From positions 648,155 through 712,154 of the forward strand of contig CAVRTH010000005.1 of the NCBI GenBank assembly GCA_963724095.1: a stretch of 64,000 bases of DNA, in the 5' to 3' direction. Positions 10,931 through 19,197 of this stretch are shown piece after piece. Under the pieces are notes generated by a model that saw only the letters and a program-made list of their open reading frames with translations, did no database searches and had not been told where the DNA came from. The first letter of the stretch is position 1. Each line of letters starts with the position of its first letter. The translations under genes were made by a program, and so were the position numbers. The DNA is from an uncultured Chloroflexia bacterium. Lineage in GTDB: Bacteria; Chloroflexota; Limnocylindria; Limnocylindrales; CSP1-4.

Positions 10931-11853
10931 ATGGAGTCTGCGCACGCGCCGTTCAAGTACAGCTACTTTCAGCTCACCTTCGGCCAGGAGGAGGCGTTTC
11001 TTGCGCCTCACGTCACGTACGAACGGCTCAAGCGCTGCGGCTACGACGCCATCGAGAATCTGCCCGCCCAAGGGCCGCTACGGCATGGGTGTGTCGATGG
11101 AGGACTACCTCGCCACCCATCTCCGACTGAAGGCCGACTTCGGCCTGGAGGTGTCCAACGTCAACGAGTGCTGGGGTGAGATGTGGGACCCCTACTCTCC
11201 TGAGTACAAGACGCTGACCGAGCCCGCGACCGCGGAGCTCGCGGTCGCGGAGACGAAGTCGACCATCGATTTCGCAGCCGAGCTGGGTGCCATGTCGGTA
11301 ACCATCGCCACCGCCATCCATGCACCCATCACCGCGGACAGCGTGGACGACGCCACGGCCGTTGCGGTCGAGTCCCTCCAGCGCATGGGCGAACATGCCG
11401 AGTCCCGTGGCATCAAGCTCGTCTTCGAGGCCACCAACCATCTTGAGATGGGCAAGTTCGTCAACACGGCCTCCAATCACAAGCGGATCATCGAGCTCAC
11501 CGGACGGGATGACATCGGCATCCAGCTCGACTTCTTCCACGTGAACCTCGAGGAACTTGGTCCCTACGAGGCCGTGATGGATGCCCAGCCGTACCTCTGG
11601 CACGGGCACTTCCGTGATTTCGAACTCGCTGACCCCCGGTTATGGCAAGACCGATTGGCACGCGGTCATGCGGGCGCTCATCCGTACCGGTTACGAGGGC
11701 TACTGCACCATCGAGAGCGCGCCGATGGTACCGAGCTCGGACCGCTCTGCCGAGGATGGGCTGGCGGTGCTCAAGTTGGCTGAGCGTATCGCCGAGTGGC
11801 AACTCAGTCCCGAGTACCCCAACGGCTACGCCATCCCCGGCGCCGGCTGGTAG
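10931..11853 (+). pseudogene. Sugar phosphate isomerase/epimerase (xylose-isomerase-like TIM barrel), two frameshifts
   Basis: Three frame segments join into one protein: MESAHAPFKY...ENLPAQG | RYGMGVSMEDY...LWHGHFRD | SNSLTPGYGKTDWHAVMRAL...CTIES. The shifts are near 11070-11076 (GGGCC) and 11617-11622 (GATTT). Confidence 0.65.
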
Positions 11854-11971
11854 CAATCCACCTGCAACGCAAGAGCAACGCCGATGACACCGCTCTAGGT
11901 CGTCATTCGGACCGCTGACTCCGGTACGGTCGACCGCGATGGTGGATGGACGGCACAGGGAGCCCGCGGAC

Positions 11972-12415
11972 ATGCTTGAAGCCCACGAGCTCGCCACGAC
12001 TGGCGAACCGACCGATCGTCTGGCACTGCCCTGGGAGCTACGGCGCAAGAGCCGGCTCAAGACATCCACCACGAGCGGTGAGTCGATCGCCATCTTCCTG
12101 CCGCGGGGGACGGTACTCCTCGAGGGTAGCCTGCTGCGTGCGTCGGATGGCAGCGTGATCGCGGTGGAAGCTGCACCAGAGGACGTCTCCACCATCTCGT
12201 CCCCGGACGCCCAGCTGCTGGCACGCATCGCCTATCACCTGGGCAATCGCCATGTTCGCGCGCAGGTGGGACGCGGCTTCATCCGCTACCGACACGACCG
12301 GGCCATCGATGAGCTGGTTCGGAGGCTGGGCGCCGAGGCGATCGTGGAAGAGGCGCCGTTCGAGCCCGAGGACGGCACGATGGACCACGCCCATGAGCGC
12401 ATCCTCGCGCCCTAG
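11972..12415 (+). CDS. ureE: Urease accessory metallochaperone UreE-like
   Basis: RIAYHLGNRHVRAQV...APFEPEDG...DHAHE matches the UreE core and a short His-containing tail. Confidence 0.75.
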   Translation: MLEAHELATTGEPTDRLALPWELRRKSRLKTSTTSGESIAIFLPRGTVLLEGSLLRASDGSVIAVEAAPEDVSTISSPDAQLLARIAYHLGNRHVRAQVGRGFIRYRHDRAIDELVRRLGAEAIVEEAPFEPEDGTMDHAHERILAP

Positions 12416-12421
12416 TCGAAG

Positions 12422-13072
12422 GTGAGTGAGACACGGCCGGCACTTCGCGTCGGCATCGGCGGCCCCATCGGATCAGGCAAGACCACGCTCATCGCGGAGC
12501 TATGCAGGCGCCTTCGAGAGCGCTACCGCATCGCCGTGGTCACCAACGACGCCCACGCCCACGAAGATGCCCGGCTGCTCGCACGCATGGGCGTGTTGCC
12601 AGAGGACCGCATCGTGGGGCTTGACGCAGGGAGCTGTCCCCACACCACTATCGCTGACGACGCCTCCATGAACCTGGCCGCGGTCGACGAGCTCATCGTC
12701 CGACATGACCGGCTCGACGTGATCTTCATCGAAGGCAGCGACGATCTCCGAGACAGCACTTTCGACCCGGCGCTGACCGACCTGGTCATCCACGTCGTCG
12801 ACGTGGCCGCGGGAGAGAAGGCCGCCCGGCGCGGCAGTCGGGGTATCGCCGAGAGCGACCTCCTCGTCATCAACAAGACCGACCTGGCGCCGGCGGTCGG
12901 CGCCTCGCTCATGAACATGGAGCGGGACGCCATCTCGGTGCGCCAGGACCGACCCTTTGTCTTCACCAACCTCAAGGGTGGAGACGGCATCGACGAGGTC
13001 GTCGACTTCATCGTCGAGCAGGGCATGCTCGATGGACCGCGGTTCGCCCGCGGCAGCCTCGACGCGCCCTGA
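12422..13072 (+). CDS. ureG: UreG-type (SIMIBI/CobW-like) GTPase with atypical motifs
   Basis: LRVGIGGPIGSGKTTL P-loop, CPH metal site and INKTDLAP (NKxD) are present. The usual ESGGDNL reads EGSDDLR, and PRKGGPGIT reads ARRGSRGIA. Confidence 0.75.
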   Translation: MSETRPALRVGIGGPIGSGKTTLIAELCRRLRERYRIAVVTNDAHAHEDARLLARMGVLPEDRIVGLDAGSCPHTTIADDASMNLAAVDELIVRHDRLDVIFIEGSDDLRDSTFDPALTDLVIHVVDVAAGEKAARRGSRGIAESDLLVINKTDLAPAVGASLMNMERDAISVRQDRPFVFTNLKGGDGIDEVVDFIVEQGMLDGPRFARGSLDAP

Positions 13073-13103
13073 GCCGCAGGCGCCACGGCGCTACTCGTCC
13101 GGA

Positions 13104-13832
13104 TTAGGGGTAGAACTGGTGCGGATCGGGGAAGACGCAGTCCAACCGATAGACCAGCCCTTGTCGCGCCCACGCACTGCAGACCGTGCCTGGCCAGTTC
13201 CACTCCCCAAAGGTGAAATCGTAGGTGAAATCGTAGACCCCCACGAAGCGTTGCTCGCCGGCGGTGGCTGGCAGCTCGATGAGTGGCTCGGTCCTGGTTG
13301 CCCTCATCTGATCGGTGAAGCGCGTCGAGATGTGGGCCCGGTCCGGGTCGACATCGATCTCGTCGGGGCCCCATACCATGGTGAAAGTGGCGTCTTCGGT
13401 GAACGCCTCGGCGGCATGAGCGTGGACCTTGGCTATGTCAGGCTCATTGAGCAGCGCGAGCCAGGCGCCGTCGAGCGCCCCCTCCTCGACAGGAGCCTCT
13501 GCCCCCGGAGGAGCGACGACATCCACGTTGGGGGACGCGACCGAGACCATGAGGGCTCCGCCGAGCGCCACGATGGCAGCTGTGGCGACGATGCGGGCGG
13601 CGGTGAACATGCTGCTGTACCTCCTTGTCTGGGGGTGCTCCCCAGGTCCGGCGCTACGCGTCGCGCTTTGGCCAAGAGGGGGCCGCGGGAACAGACGCCG
13701 GTGTCGGCGTTGGGGCGTTTCGGGTAGACGGTCGAGCGTCCTCGCGAACACCGCATTTCGGTCGGGTGGACCAGGCGGCGTCTCGAGTAGCCAGGACTCG
13801 AGCCTGCGGTCAGAGTCACGTTCATCCGTCAT
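13104..13832 (-). CDS. Single-pass membrane protein, putative anti-sigma partner of the upstream ECF sigma
   Basis: ATGA start/stop overlap with the sigma gene (13829-13832). Cytoplasmic N-terminus, TM segment MFTAARIVATAAIVALGGALMV, and an extracytoplasmic domain of unknown family. Confidence 0.5.
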   Translation of the reverse strand: MTDERDSDRRLESWLLETPPGPPDRNAVFARTLDRLPETPQRRHRRLFPRPPLGQSATRSAGPGEHPQTRRYSSMFTAARIVATAAIVALGGALMVSVASPNVDVVAPPGAEAPVEEGALDGAWLALLNEPDIAKVHAHAAEAFTEDATFTMVWGPDEIDVDPDRAHISTRFTDQMRATRTEPLIELPATAGEQRFVGVYDFTYDFTFGEWNWPGTVCSAWARQGLVYRLDCVFPDPHQFYP

Positions 13833-14380
13833 CGCGTGGCCTCCTGGCAGGTGGTCAGTGGACGATCAGGCGCCAAGGCCCGACGCATGGCTGTCATTCC
13901 GCGGTAGAGCCGCGAGCGCGCGGTGCCCGGGGGGATGTCCAGGGCCTGCGCCACCGTTTCCATGGGCATGCCCATGTAGTGATGGAGCACGATCACGGCC
14001 CGCTGATCGACGGGAATGCCTCGGAAGGCCCGCTCGAGCTGGTCGCGGTCCACGACAGCACCCAGCACATCGGGAGCTGTCGGTCCAGGCGCCGACTCGA
14101 GGGGCACATTCGGCCACCAGTGGCGCGCACGGCGTGCTTCGTTGTAGCAGGCGTTGACGAGGATCCGCGTCGACCAGGCTCCGAATCGATCGGGCTCGCG
14201 CAGATCGGGCAGATCGCGCCAGATACCGAGGAGTGCAGCTTGGGTGGCATCCTCGGCGAGAGCGCCGTCGCGCAGGATGCGATGGGCGATGGCGAGAAAC
14301 CGATCGAGGACCTGATCGGCGATCTCCGCGAAAGCCCCTCGATCACCCTGTTGCGCTCGGATCACCTGGTCGGTATCCAT
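13829..14380 (-). CDS. ECF-type RNA polymerase sigma-70 factor
   Basis: Region 2 (AEDATQAALLGIWRDL...FGAWSTRILVNACYN) and region 4 (VIVLHHYMGMPMETVAQALDIPPGTARSRLYRG). ATG at 14380 is preceded by a GGGGG RBS-like run. Confidence 0.85.
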   Translation of the reverse strand: MDTDQVIRAQQGDRGAFAEIADQVLDRFLAIAHRILRDGALAEDATQAALLGIWRDLPDLREPDRFGAWSTRILVNACYNEARRARHWWPNVPLESAPGPTAPDVLGAVVDRDQLERAFRGIPVDQRAVIVLHHYMGMPMETVAQALDIPPGTARSRLYRGMTAMRRALAPDRPLTTCQEATR

Positions 14381-14518
14381 TCCCCCGGTCCGACATCTGC
14401 GCATCCGTCGTGCGCCTCTACTCCTTATGGCGTACTGGGGCCACGAAACGACTCCACCTTGCGCCGACTGATCCGCGAGGACAAGTGCCCATGTCATTCA
14501 CTCGCACGCGCCGGACGC

Positions 14519-14543
14519 CATATCGTCGATAATCGATGATATG
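14519..14543. promoter_or_regulatory. 25-nt near-perfect palindrome with core TCGAT-A-ATCGA; putative operator upstream of the SDR/MBL operon
   Basis: catatcGTCGATaATCGATgatatg pairs at 11 of 12 positions. It is AT-rich in a GC-rich genome and lies 60 nt upstream of the SDR ATG (14603). The same 11-nt core recurs at 30694 and 30939. Confidence 0.55.
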
Positions 14544-14602
14544 AGTGGACCTCGCGCTCCTCGCCCGCCGAGCGCCGCATAGCAACCACAGGAGGAACCC
14601 GC

Positions 14603-15388
14603 ATGGGTCAGCTGGACAGATTCAGGCTCGATGGCCAGGCCGCCCTCATCGGCGGCGGCGGTGGCGCCATCGGTGGCGCCATGGCTGTCGCTCTCGCCGA
14701 AGCCGGCGCCAAGGTCGGCGTGGTGGACATCGCGCAGGAGCTCGTTGACGCGACCAAGACTCGGGTCGAGGAGATCGGCGGCGAATGTCTGGCCATCTCC
14801 GGCGACATGACCAAGCGTGACGAAGCAGACGCGGTCGTCGACGAGGTCGTGAATCACCTCGGCAAGCTGGACATCATGGTCAACGCCATCGGGGGCGGAG
14901 CCGGCAAGGTCCTATTCGATGCGCAGGACTACCCCGACGACGCGTGGGACTGGATCTACGACATCAACGTGCGCTGTACCCTGCTGCCCACGCAGGCGGC
15001 CGTCAGAGCCATGATCAAGGCCGGCAACGGCGGCAAGGTGCTGAACATCAGCTCCGTCCGCGCGGCCCTCGGTATCAACGCCGGCTATTCCGCCTACGTC
15101 GCTGCCAAGGGCGCCATCTCCTCGTTGACGCGCCAATGGGCGACCGAGTGGGCCAAGCATGGCATCAACGTCAACGCCATCTCACCGACCTTCGTCGACA
15201 CTCCGCAAGTGGCGATGCTGCTCGAGGATCCGGAGTTCAAGAAGGGCGTCGTGGCGCGCATCCCGATCGGCCGCGTGGGTGGCACGAGCGACCTGGTCGG
15301 AGCGGCCATCTTCCTCGTCTCGGACGCCTCGTCGTTCATCACCGGTCAGATCCTGGGCATCGACGGCGGCCTGACCGCGACCCAGTAG
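14603..15388 (+). CDS. SDR-family oxidoreductase
   Basis: GGGGAIGGA cofactor motif, NAIG, and S...YxxxK (YVAAKGA). AGGAGG RBS. Confidence 0.9.
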   Translation: MGQLDRFRLDGQAALIGGGGGAIGGAMAVALAEAGAKVGVVDIAQELVDATKTRVEEIGGECLAISGDMTKRDEADAVVDEVVNHLGKLDIMVNAIGGGAGKVLFDAQDYPDDAWDWIYDINVRCTLLPTQAAVRAMIKAGNGGKVLNISSVRAALGINAGYSAYVAAKGAISSLTRQWATEWAKHGINVNAISPTFVDTPQVAMLLEDPEFKKGVVARIPIGRVGGTSDLVGAAIFLVSDASSFITGQILGIDGGLTATQ

Positions 15389-15450
15389 CCGATCAAGCCA
15401 GATCGACAGCACACCCTAACGGGGAGGAGCCAACCACCGTGGATCCAGCC

Positions 15451-16308
15451 ATGGAGCGGGTCACCGCCAACGTCTATTCGAACACCAGGATCCGTGGCTG
15501 TAACCCCAGCTATGTGGTCACCACCGACGGTGTGGTCGTCATCGACACGCCGCAGCTGCCGACGAAGGCAGTGGCCATGCGGGAGGAGGCTGAGACTCAC
15601 GGCCCCATCCGCTATGTCATCAACACCGAGCACCACGTTGACCACATCTTCGGCAACTACTACTTCAAGCCGGTACCGGTCATCCACCACAAGGGCGTGG
15701 CGGACAACTTCATGGTCGTCGCCCCGATCCTGGACCCGTTCGCCTACGCGGCCGAGGCCATCCCGACCGATGACCCTGAAGGCGCCGCCATCTTCCCCGA
15801 GCGCGAGGAGTACTACCGGGAGCCCAATGACGGCGCCATCGTCTTCACGGGAGACCTCAAGCTGCGCGTGGGTGACACCCACTTCGACCTCATCCACGTG
15901 GCCGGCCACACGCCCGGCCAGATCTGCGTACACGTGCCTGAGGAAGGCGTGGTCTTCACCGGGGATACCATCTTCAACCAGTGTCAGACCTGGCTGATGA
16001 CCTCGGACGTCGATGGCTGGCTGGCTGCCTTGGAGACCATCCGCGCCCTCGAGTTCGACCACTTGGTGCCGGGTCATGGTCCCCTCACCGACCGTTCCTC
16101 CCTTGACGACCAGCGCGCCATCCTGCTCGAGTGGAAGACCGGCGTCGCGACCGCCGTTGCGGAAGGCCTCTCCCGCGAGGAGACCCAGGCGCGCGTCAAC
16201 TTCAAGGAGCGCTTCCCGGTCGACATCGGTCAGGAGTACATGATGGACTACATCATGTCCAACAACGCCGGTGCCCTCTGGGACCAGATGGTCGACAAGC
16301 AGGGCTAG
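15451..16308 (+). CDS. MBL-fold metallo-hydrolase
   Basis: NTEHHVDHIFGN (HxHxDH), HVAGHTPG, VPGHG. An alternative GTG start at 15439 lies closer to the GGGGAGGAG RBS. Confidence 0.8.
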   Translation: MERVTANVYSNTRIRGCNPSYVVTTDGVVVIDTPQLPTKAVAMREEAETHGPIRYVINTEHHVDHIFGNYYFKPVPVIHHKGVADNFMVVAPILDPFAYAAEAIPTDDPEGAAIFPEREEYYREPNDGAIVFTGDLKLRVGDTHFDLIHVAGHTPGQICVHVPEEGVVFTGDTIFNQCQTWLMTSDVDGWLAALETIRALEFDHLVPGHGPLTDRSSLDDQRAILLEWKTGVATAVAEGLSREETQARVNFKERFPVDIGQEYMMDYIMSNNAGALWDQMVDKQG

Positions 16309-16356
16309 CTGCCCACCACCACCCGAGGCTCCAGCGCGAGCCTGACCCCGCCGCCT

Positions 16357-16388
16357 GACGCCCCGCCGGTCTCGACCGGCGGGGCGTC
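16357..16388. terminator. GC-rich hairpin between convergent genes (13-bp perfect stem)
   Basis: gacgccccgccgg-tctcga-ccggcggggcgtc. There is no clear U-tract. It lies between the MBL stop (16308) and the minus-strand stop (16452). Confidence 0.45.
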
Positions 16389-16451
16389 CTGGTAGCCTGG
16401 TGCATCCCAACCAGCTCGATCTCGACCGGATGCTTCAGCTTCTGGCCCGAG

Positions 16452-17426
16452 CTATCCGGTGGCGCCGTCCGCCGCCACCAGCTTGACGGTGACATCACTC
16501 ACCGGGTTGTCCTTGGTGATGACCGCGATCGTACCCTCGCTGGTCGCGAGCAGCTCACCGGTCGCGGCATCCTCGAGGCGTGCTTCCAGCACGTAGTCGC
16601 CGGCGTCGTGGATCACGTCAGTCGAGTAGTCGAAGCTGAACAGGGATGGCGGCCGGAGCCGCGTGACCCCATCGCGGGTGAATTCCGCGAGCGGGGCGGC
16701 CCCGGGGTCCTGGATCGAGGCATCCCTGATGGTCATCACCAACCTGGCGGGGGCCGCAGGATCGGGCAGGTCCGGGTCGGGGACCAGCACGCCGGTCAGC
16801 CGTGGCGATGCGTCCGCATCGGTAGCCGGGACCAGCTGGATGTCGATCCCCTCGGTGCGCTTGTCCGCGTCGGTGATGACCGGGATCGGTTGGCCGCCCG
16901 TGGCCATGAGACGGTCGTTGTCCGACTCCACCAGGCGCGTCTCGAGGACGTACACGCCGTCGGTGTCGATCGCGTCCGGCGTGTACTTGATCGTGAAGCG
17001 GAACGGGTCAGGCACGTGGTTCGCACGCTCGAGCACCCATTGCCCAAGGGGGGCGCTCTGTGCATCGGCGTTGGCGTCCCGAAGGGATACCGTGAGTCGC
17101 ACGTCCATGACCGGTCGCTCCGAGTCTGGGGTGTGAACGATGCCCGTGACGAGCGCGCTCGGTGTTGCCGAGGCTTCTGCCCCCGGTAGTGGCGGCGCAT
17201 CCTGTTGGGCAGGCAGGACGCTGGTCAGAAGGAATCCCCCGAAGAGCGCCACGATGGCGCCGGCAAGGAGCAGCTTGGTTGCACTGAACATGATGTGGAA
17301 TCTCCGCTTCGGCGCTTGGGCAGCGACTGAGCGAGCGACTGCCAGAGCATCGACGAAGGGCGCGGGACCAGCCATGCCTTCGAGTTCGTCGGCGATGCGG
17401 TCTTCGAATGACCTCTTGTCATCCAT
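16452..17426 (-). CDS. Membrane-anchored protein with two tandem YbaY/YscW-like repeats (anti-sigma-like context)
   Basis: TM segment MFSATKLLLAGAIVALFGGFLL. Two repeats of about 110 aa share the pattern (L/V)T(V/I)S/RDA..(D)..APL...FxF(K/D)Y..D.I...G.YVLE.RL... Confidence 0.5.
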   Translation of the reverse strand: MDDKRSFEDRIADELEGMAGPAPFVDALAVARSVAAQAPKRRFHIMFSATKLLLAGAIVALFGGFLLTSVLPAQQDAPPLPGAEASATPSALVTGIVHTPDSERPVMDVRLTVSLRDANADAQSAPLGQWVLERANHVPDPFRFTIKYTPDAIDTDGVYVLETRLVESDNDRLMATGGQPIPVITDADKRTEGIDIQLVPATDADASPRLTGVLVPDPDLPDPAAPARLVMTIRDASIQDPGAAPLAEFTRDGVTRLRPPSLFSFDYSTDVIHDAGDYVLEARLEDAATGELLATSEGTIAVITKDNPVSDVTVKLVAADGATG

Positions 17427-17715
17427 CAGTGAGCTCCTGGCGTAGACGCGTGAGCAGCCGCTCCAGGCGGTTGCGGGTGCCCGAAGGGGTCAACCCGATG
17501 GCCGCCGAGAGCTCGGTCGAATTGAAGCCGGCGACATAGCGCATCGCGAGCAGCGCCCGGTCATCCGGATCGAGGCCTTGGAGCGCCCTCCGTAGATCCA
17601 GCGAACCACTCGCGCTTCCTGGATCGTACCCACCGAGCAAGCCCGCGGCATCCATGCCGATCTCGACCTGTGAACGACGGCGCTGCTTTCGCAGCGACTG
17701 CTTCGACCTCGTCAC
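17419..17715 (-). CDS. Sigma-70 region-4-only protein (truncated ECF sigma)
   Basis: LRRALQGLDPDDRALLAMRYVAGFNSTELSAAIGLTPSGTRNRLERLLTRLRQEL is a complete region 4. No region 2 exists in any frame between 17715 and the pfk stop at 17872. There is an 8-nt overlap with the downstream membrane protein. Confidence 0.5.
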   Translation of the reverse strand: MTRSKQSLRKQRRRSQVEIGMDAAGLLGGYDPGSASGSLDLRRALQGLDPDDRALLAMRYVAGFNSTELSAAIGLTPSGTRNRLERLLTRLRQELTDG

Positions 17716-17871
17716 CGCTAGCCGCCGACTCGACGGTCCCAGCGAGATCCCGGTCCACAGCCGTGGTCATGACCTCCATGCCCGTTAGATGCACGCCGGA
17801 GGCGGAGTGTCCCACCACCCTCGCATCCGTGGGAGGCCGACCGGCGCAGCCCCAAGGTCCTCATGGGCCCG

Positions 17872-19197
17872 TCAAGAGCGCCAGTTGGGCTGGCCGGTGG
17901 TGGCGAGGACGGCATTCCAGAGATCCTTGTCGGGATCCATCCGCTTGCGCTCAGTCACAGCTGTTGCGATCGGCACCCAGATGGTGGCCTGATTCCACGA
18001 GCCGATCATCACGTCGGTCTTGCCGGCCATGGCGGCATGGACGGCGTTCCGCGCCATCCGGTCAGTGAGGATGCGGTCGTTGGCGTTGGGCGGCACGCTG
18101 CGGATGGCATAGCTGGGGTCGAAGTACTTCACCGAGACCTCGATCGCCTTCGTCGCGAAGTGCAGCCGGATCCGGTCGCGCAGGAACAGACCGATATCGC
18201 GGTACCGCCTGTTCCCGGATTCGTCGGAAGTGGTATCGCCCGGCTCGAAGAGATGCTGGCCGGCCCCCTCGGCCACGACCACGACCGCGTGCTTGCGGGC
18301 TGCCATGCGTTTCTCGAGTGCATCGAGGAAGCCGCCTTCGCCCTCGAGCGGAAAGGGCACCTCCGGCACGAGCACGAAGTTCGCCTCCTGGGCCGCAACG
18401 GCGGCGCCGGCAGCGATGAACCCGGCATCGCGCCCCATCAGCTTGACGAGGCCGATGCCCCCGAGGTTGCTCTTGGCCTCCACGTGGGCTGCGCGCAGGA
18501 TCTTGGCGGCCTCATCGAGCGCGGTGGCGTAGCCGAAGGACTGGTAGACATAAGGCACGTCGTTGTCGATGGTCTTGGGGATACCCACGATGGCGCGCCG
18601 CCCGCCCCGGGCACGAACCTCTTGAGCGATGGCGTGGGCACCTCGCTGGGTGCCGTCTCCGCCGATGCAGAACAGGATGTCGATGTCGTGCGACTCGATG
18701 TAGTCGACGATGTCGGAGGCCTTCCGATCGCCGCGCGACGTGCCCAGGACGGTGCCGCCCATGTCGTTGATGTCGTCGACGAAGTCGTGCGTGAGCACCA
18801 TCGGCTCAAGACCCTCCGCCGGATCGAGCCCTCGGTAGCCGCTGCGGATGCCCAGCACCCGCTTCACTCCGTAGTTGTGGACGAGCTCGAGGAAACCCGA
18901 GCGGATGGTGTTGTTCAGACCGGGTGCGAGCCCACCACAGGTGACGAAGGCTGCGCTGGTATCGGCAGCATCGAAGAAGAGCCTCTCGCGCGGGCCGGCC
19001 TTCTCGAATGTCAGCTCTGCGCCGACGAGGTCATGCTGGTCCTCCCGGACCTGGTAGCGGACACGCAGCTGGGGATCAGGGAATCGCCGACCCTTGGCTC
19101 GCAGTGGCGAGTCGAACGCGGTCGGACCAAGGACGGCTACCTCGAGGTCAGCTTGGGTCGGAGCCGGAGGCTCGGCGTCGTAGGGATCCACTTTCAC
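17872..19197 (-). CDS. pfk: 6-phosphofructokinase (long, about 440 aa; phosphoryl donor not callable)
   Basis: CGGLAPGLNNTIR, IGGDGTQRGA, GIPKTIDNDV, MGRDAGFIA. The GTG start overlaps the upstream stop (GTGA). Confidence 0.9.
   Translation of the reverse strand: MKVDPYDAEPPAPTQADLEVAVLGPTAFDSPLRAKGRRFPDPQLRVRYQVREDQHDLVGAELTFEKAGPRERLFFDAADTSAAFVTCGGLAPGLNNTIRSGFLELVHNYGVKRVLGIRSGYRGLDPAEGLEPMVLTHDFVDDINDMGGTVLGTSRGDRKASDIVDYIESHDIDILFCIGGDGTQRGAHAIAQEVRARGGRRAIVGIPKTIDNDVPYVYQSFGYATALDEAAKILRAAHVEAKSNLGGIGLVKLMGRDAGFIAAGAAVAAQEANFVLVPEVPFPLEGEGGFLDALEKRMAARKHAVVVVAEGAGQHLFEPGDTTSDESGNRRYRDIGLFLRDRIRLHFATKAIEVSVKYFDPSYAIRSVPPNANDRILTDRMARNAVHAAMAGKTDVMIGSWNQATIWVPIATAVTERKRMDPDKDLWNAVLATTGQPNWRS

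Noticed and set aside
13212-13235. Tandem 12-nt direct repeat ggtgaaatcgta x2.
   Set aside because: It lies inside the anti-sigma-like CDS and simply encodes YDFTYDFT. With two copies only, it is neither a CRISPR array nor a VNTR-scale feature.
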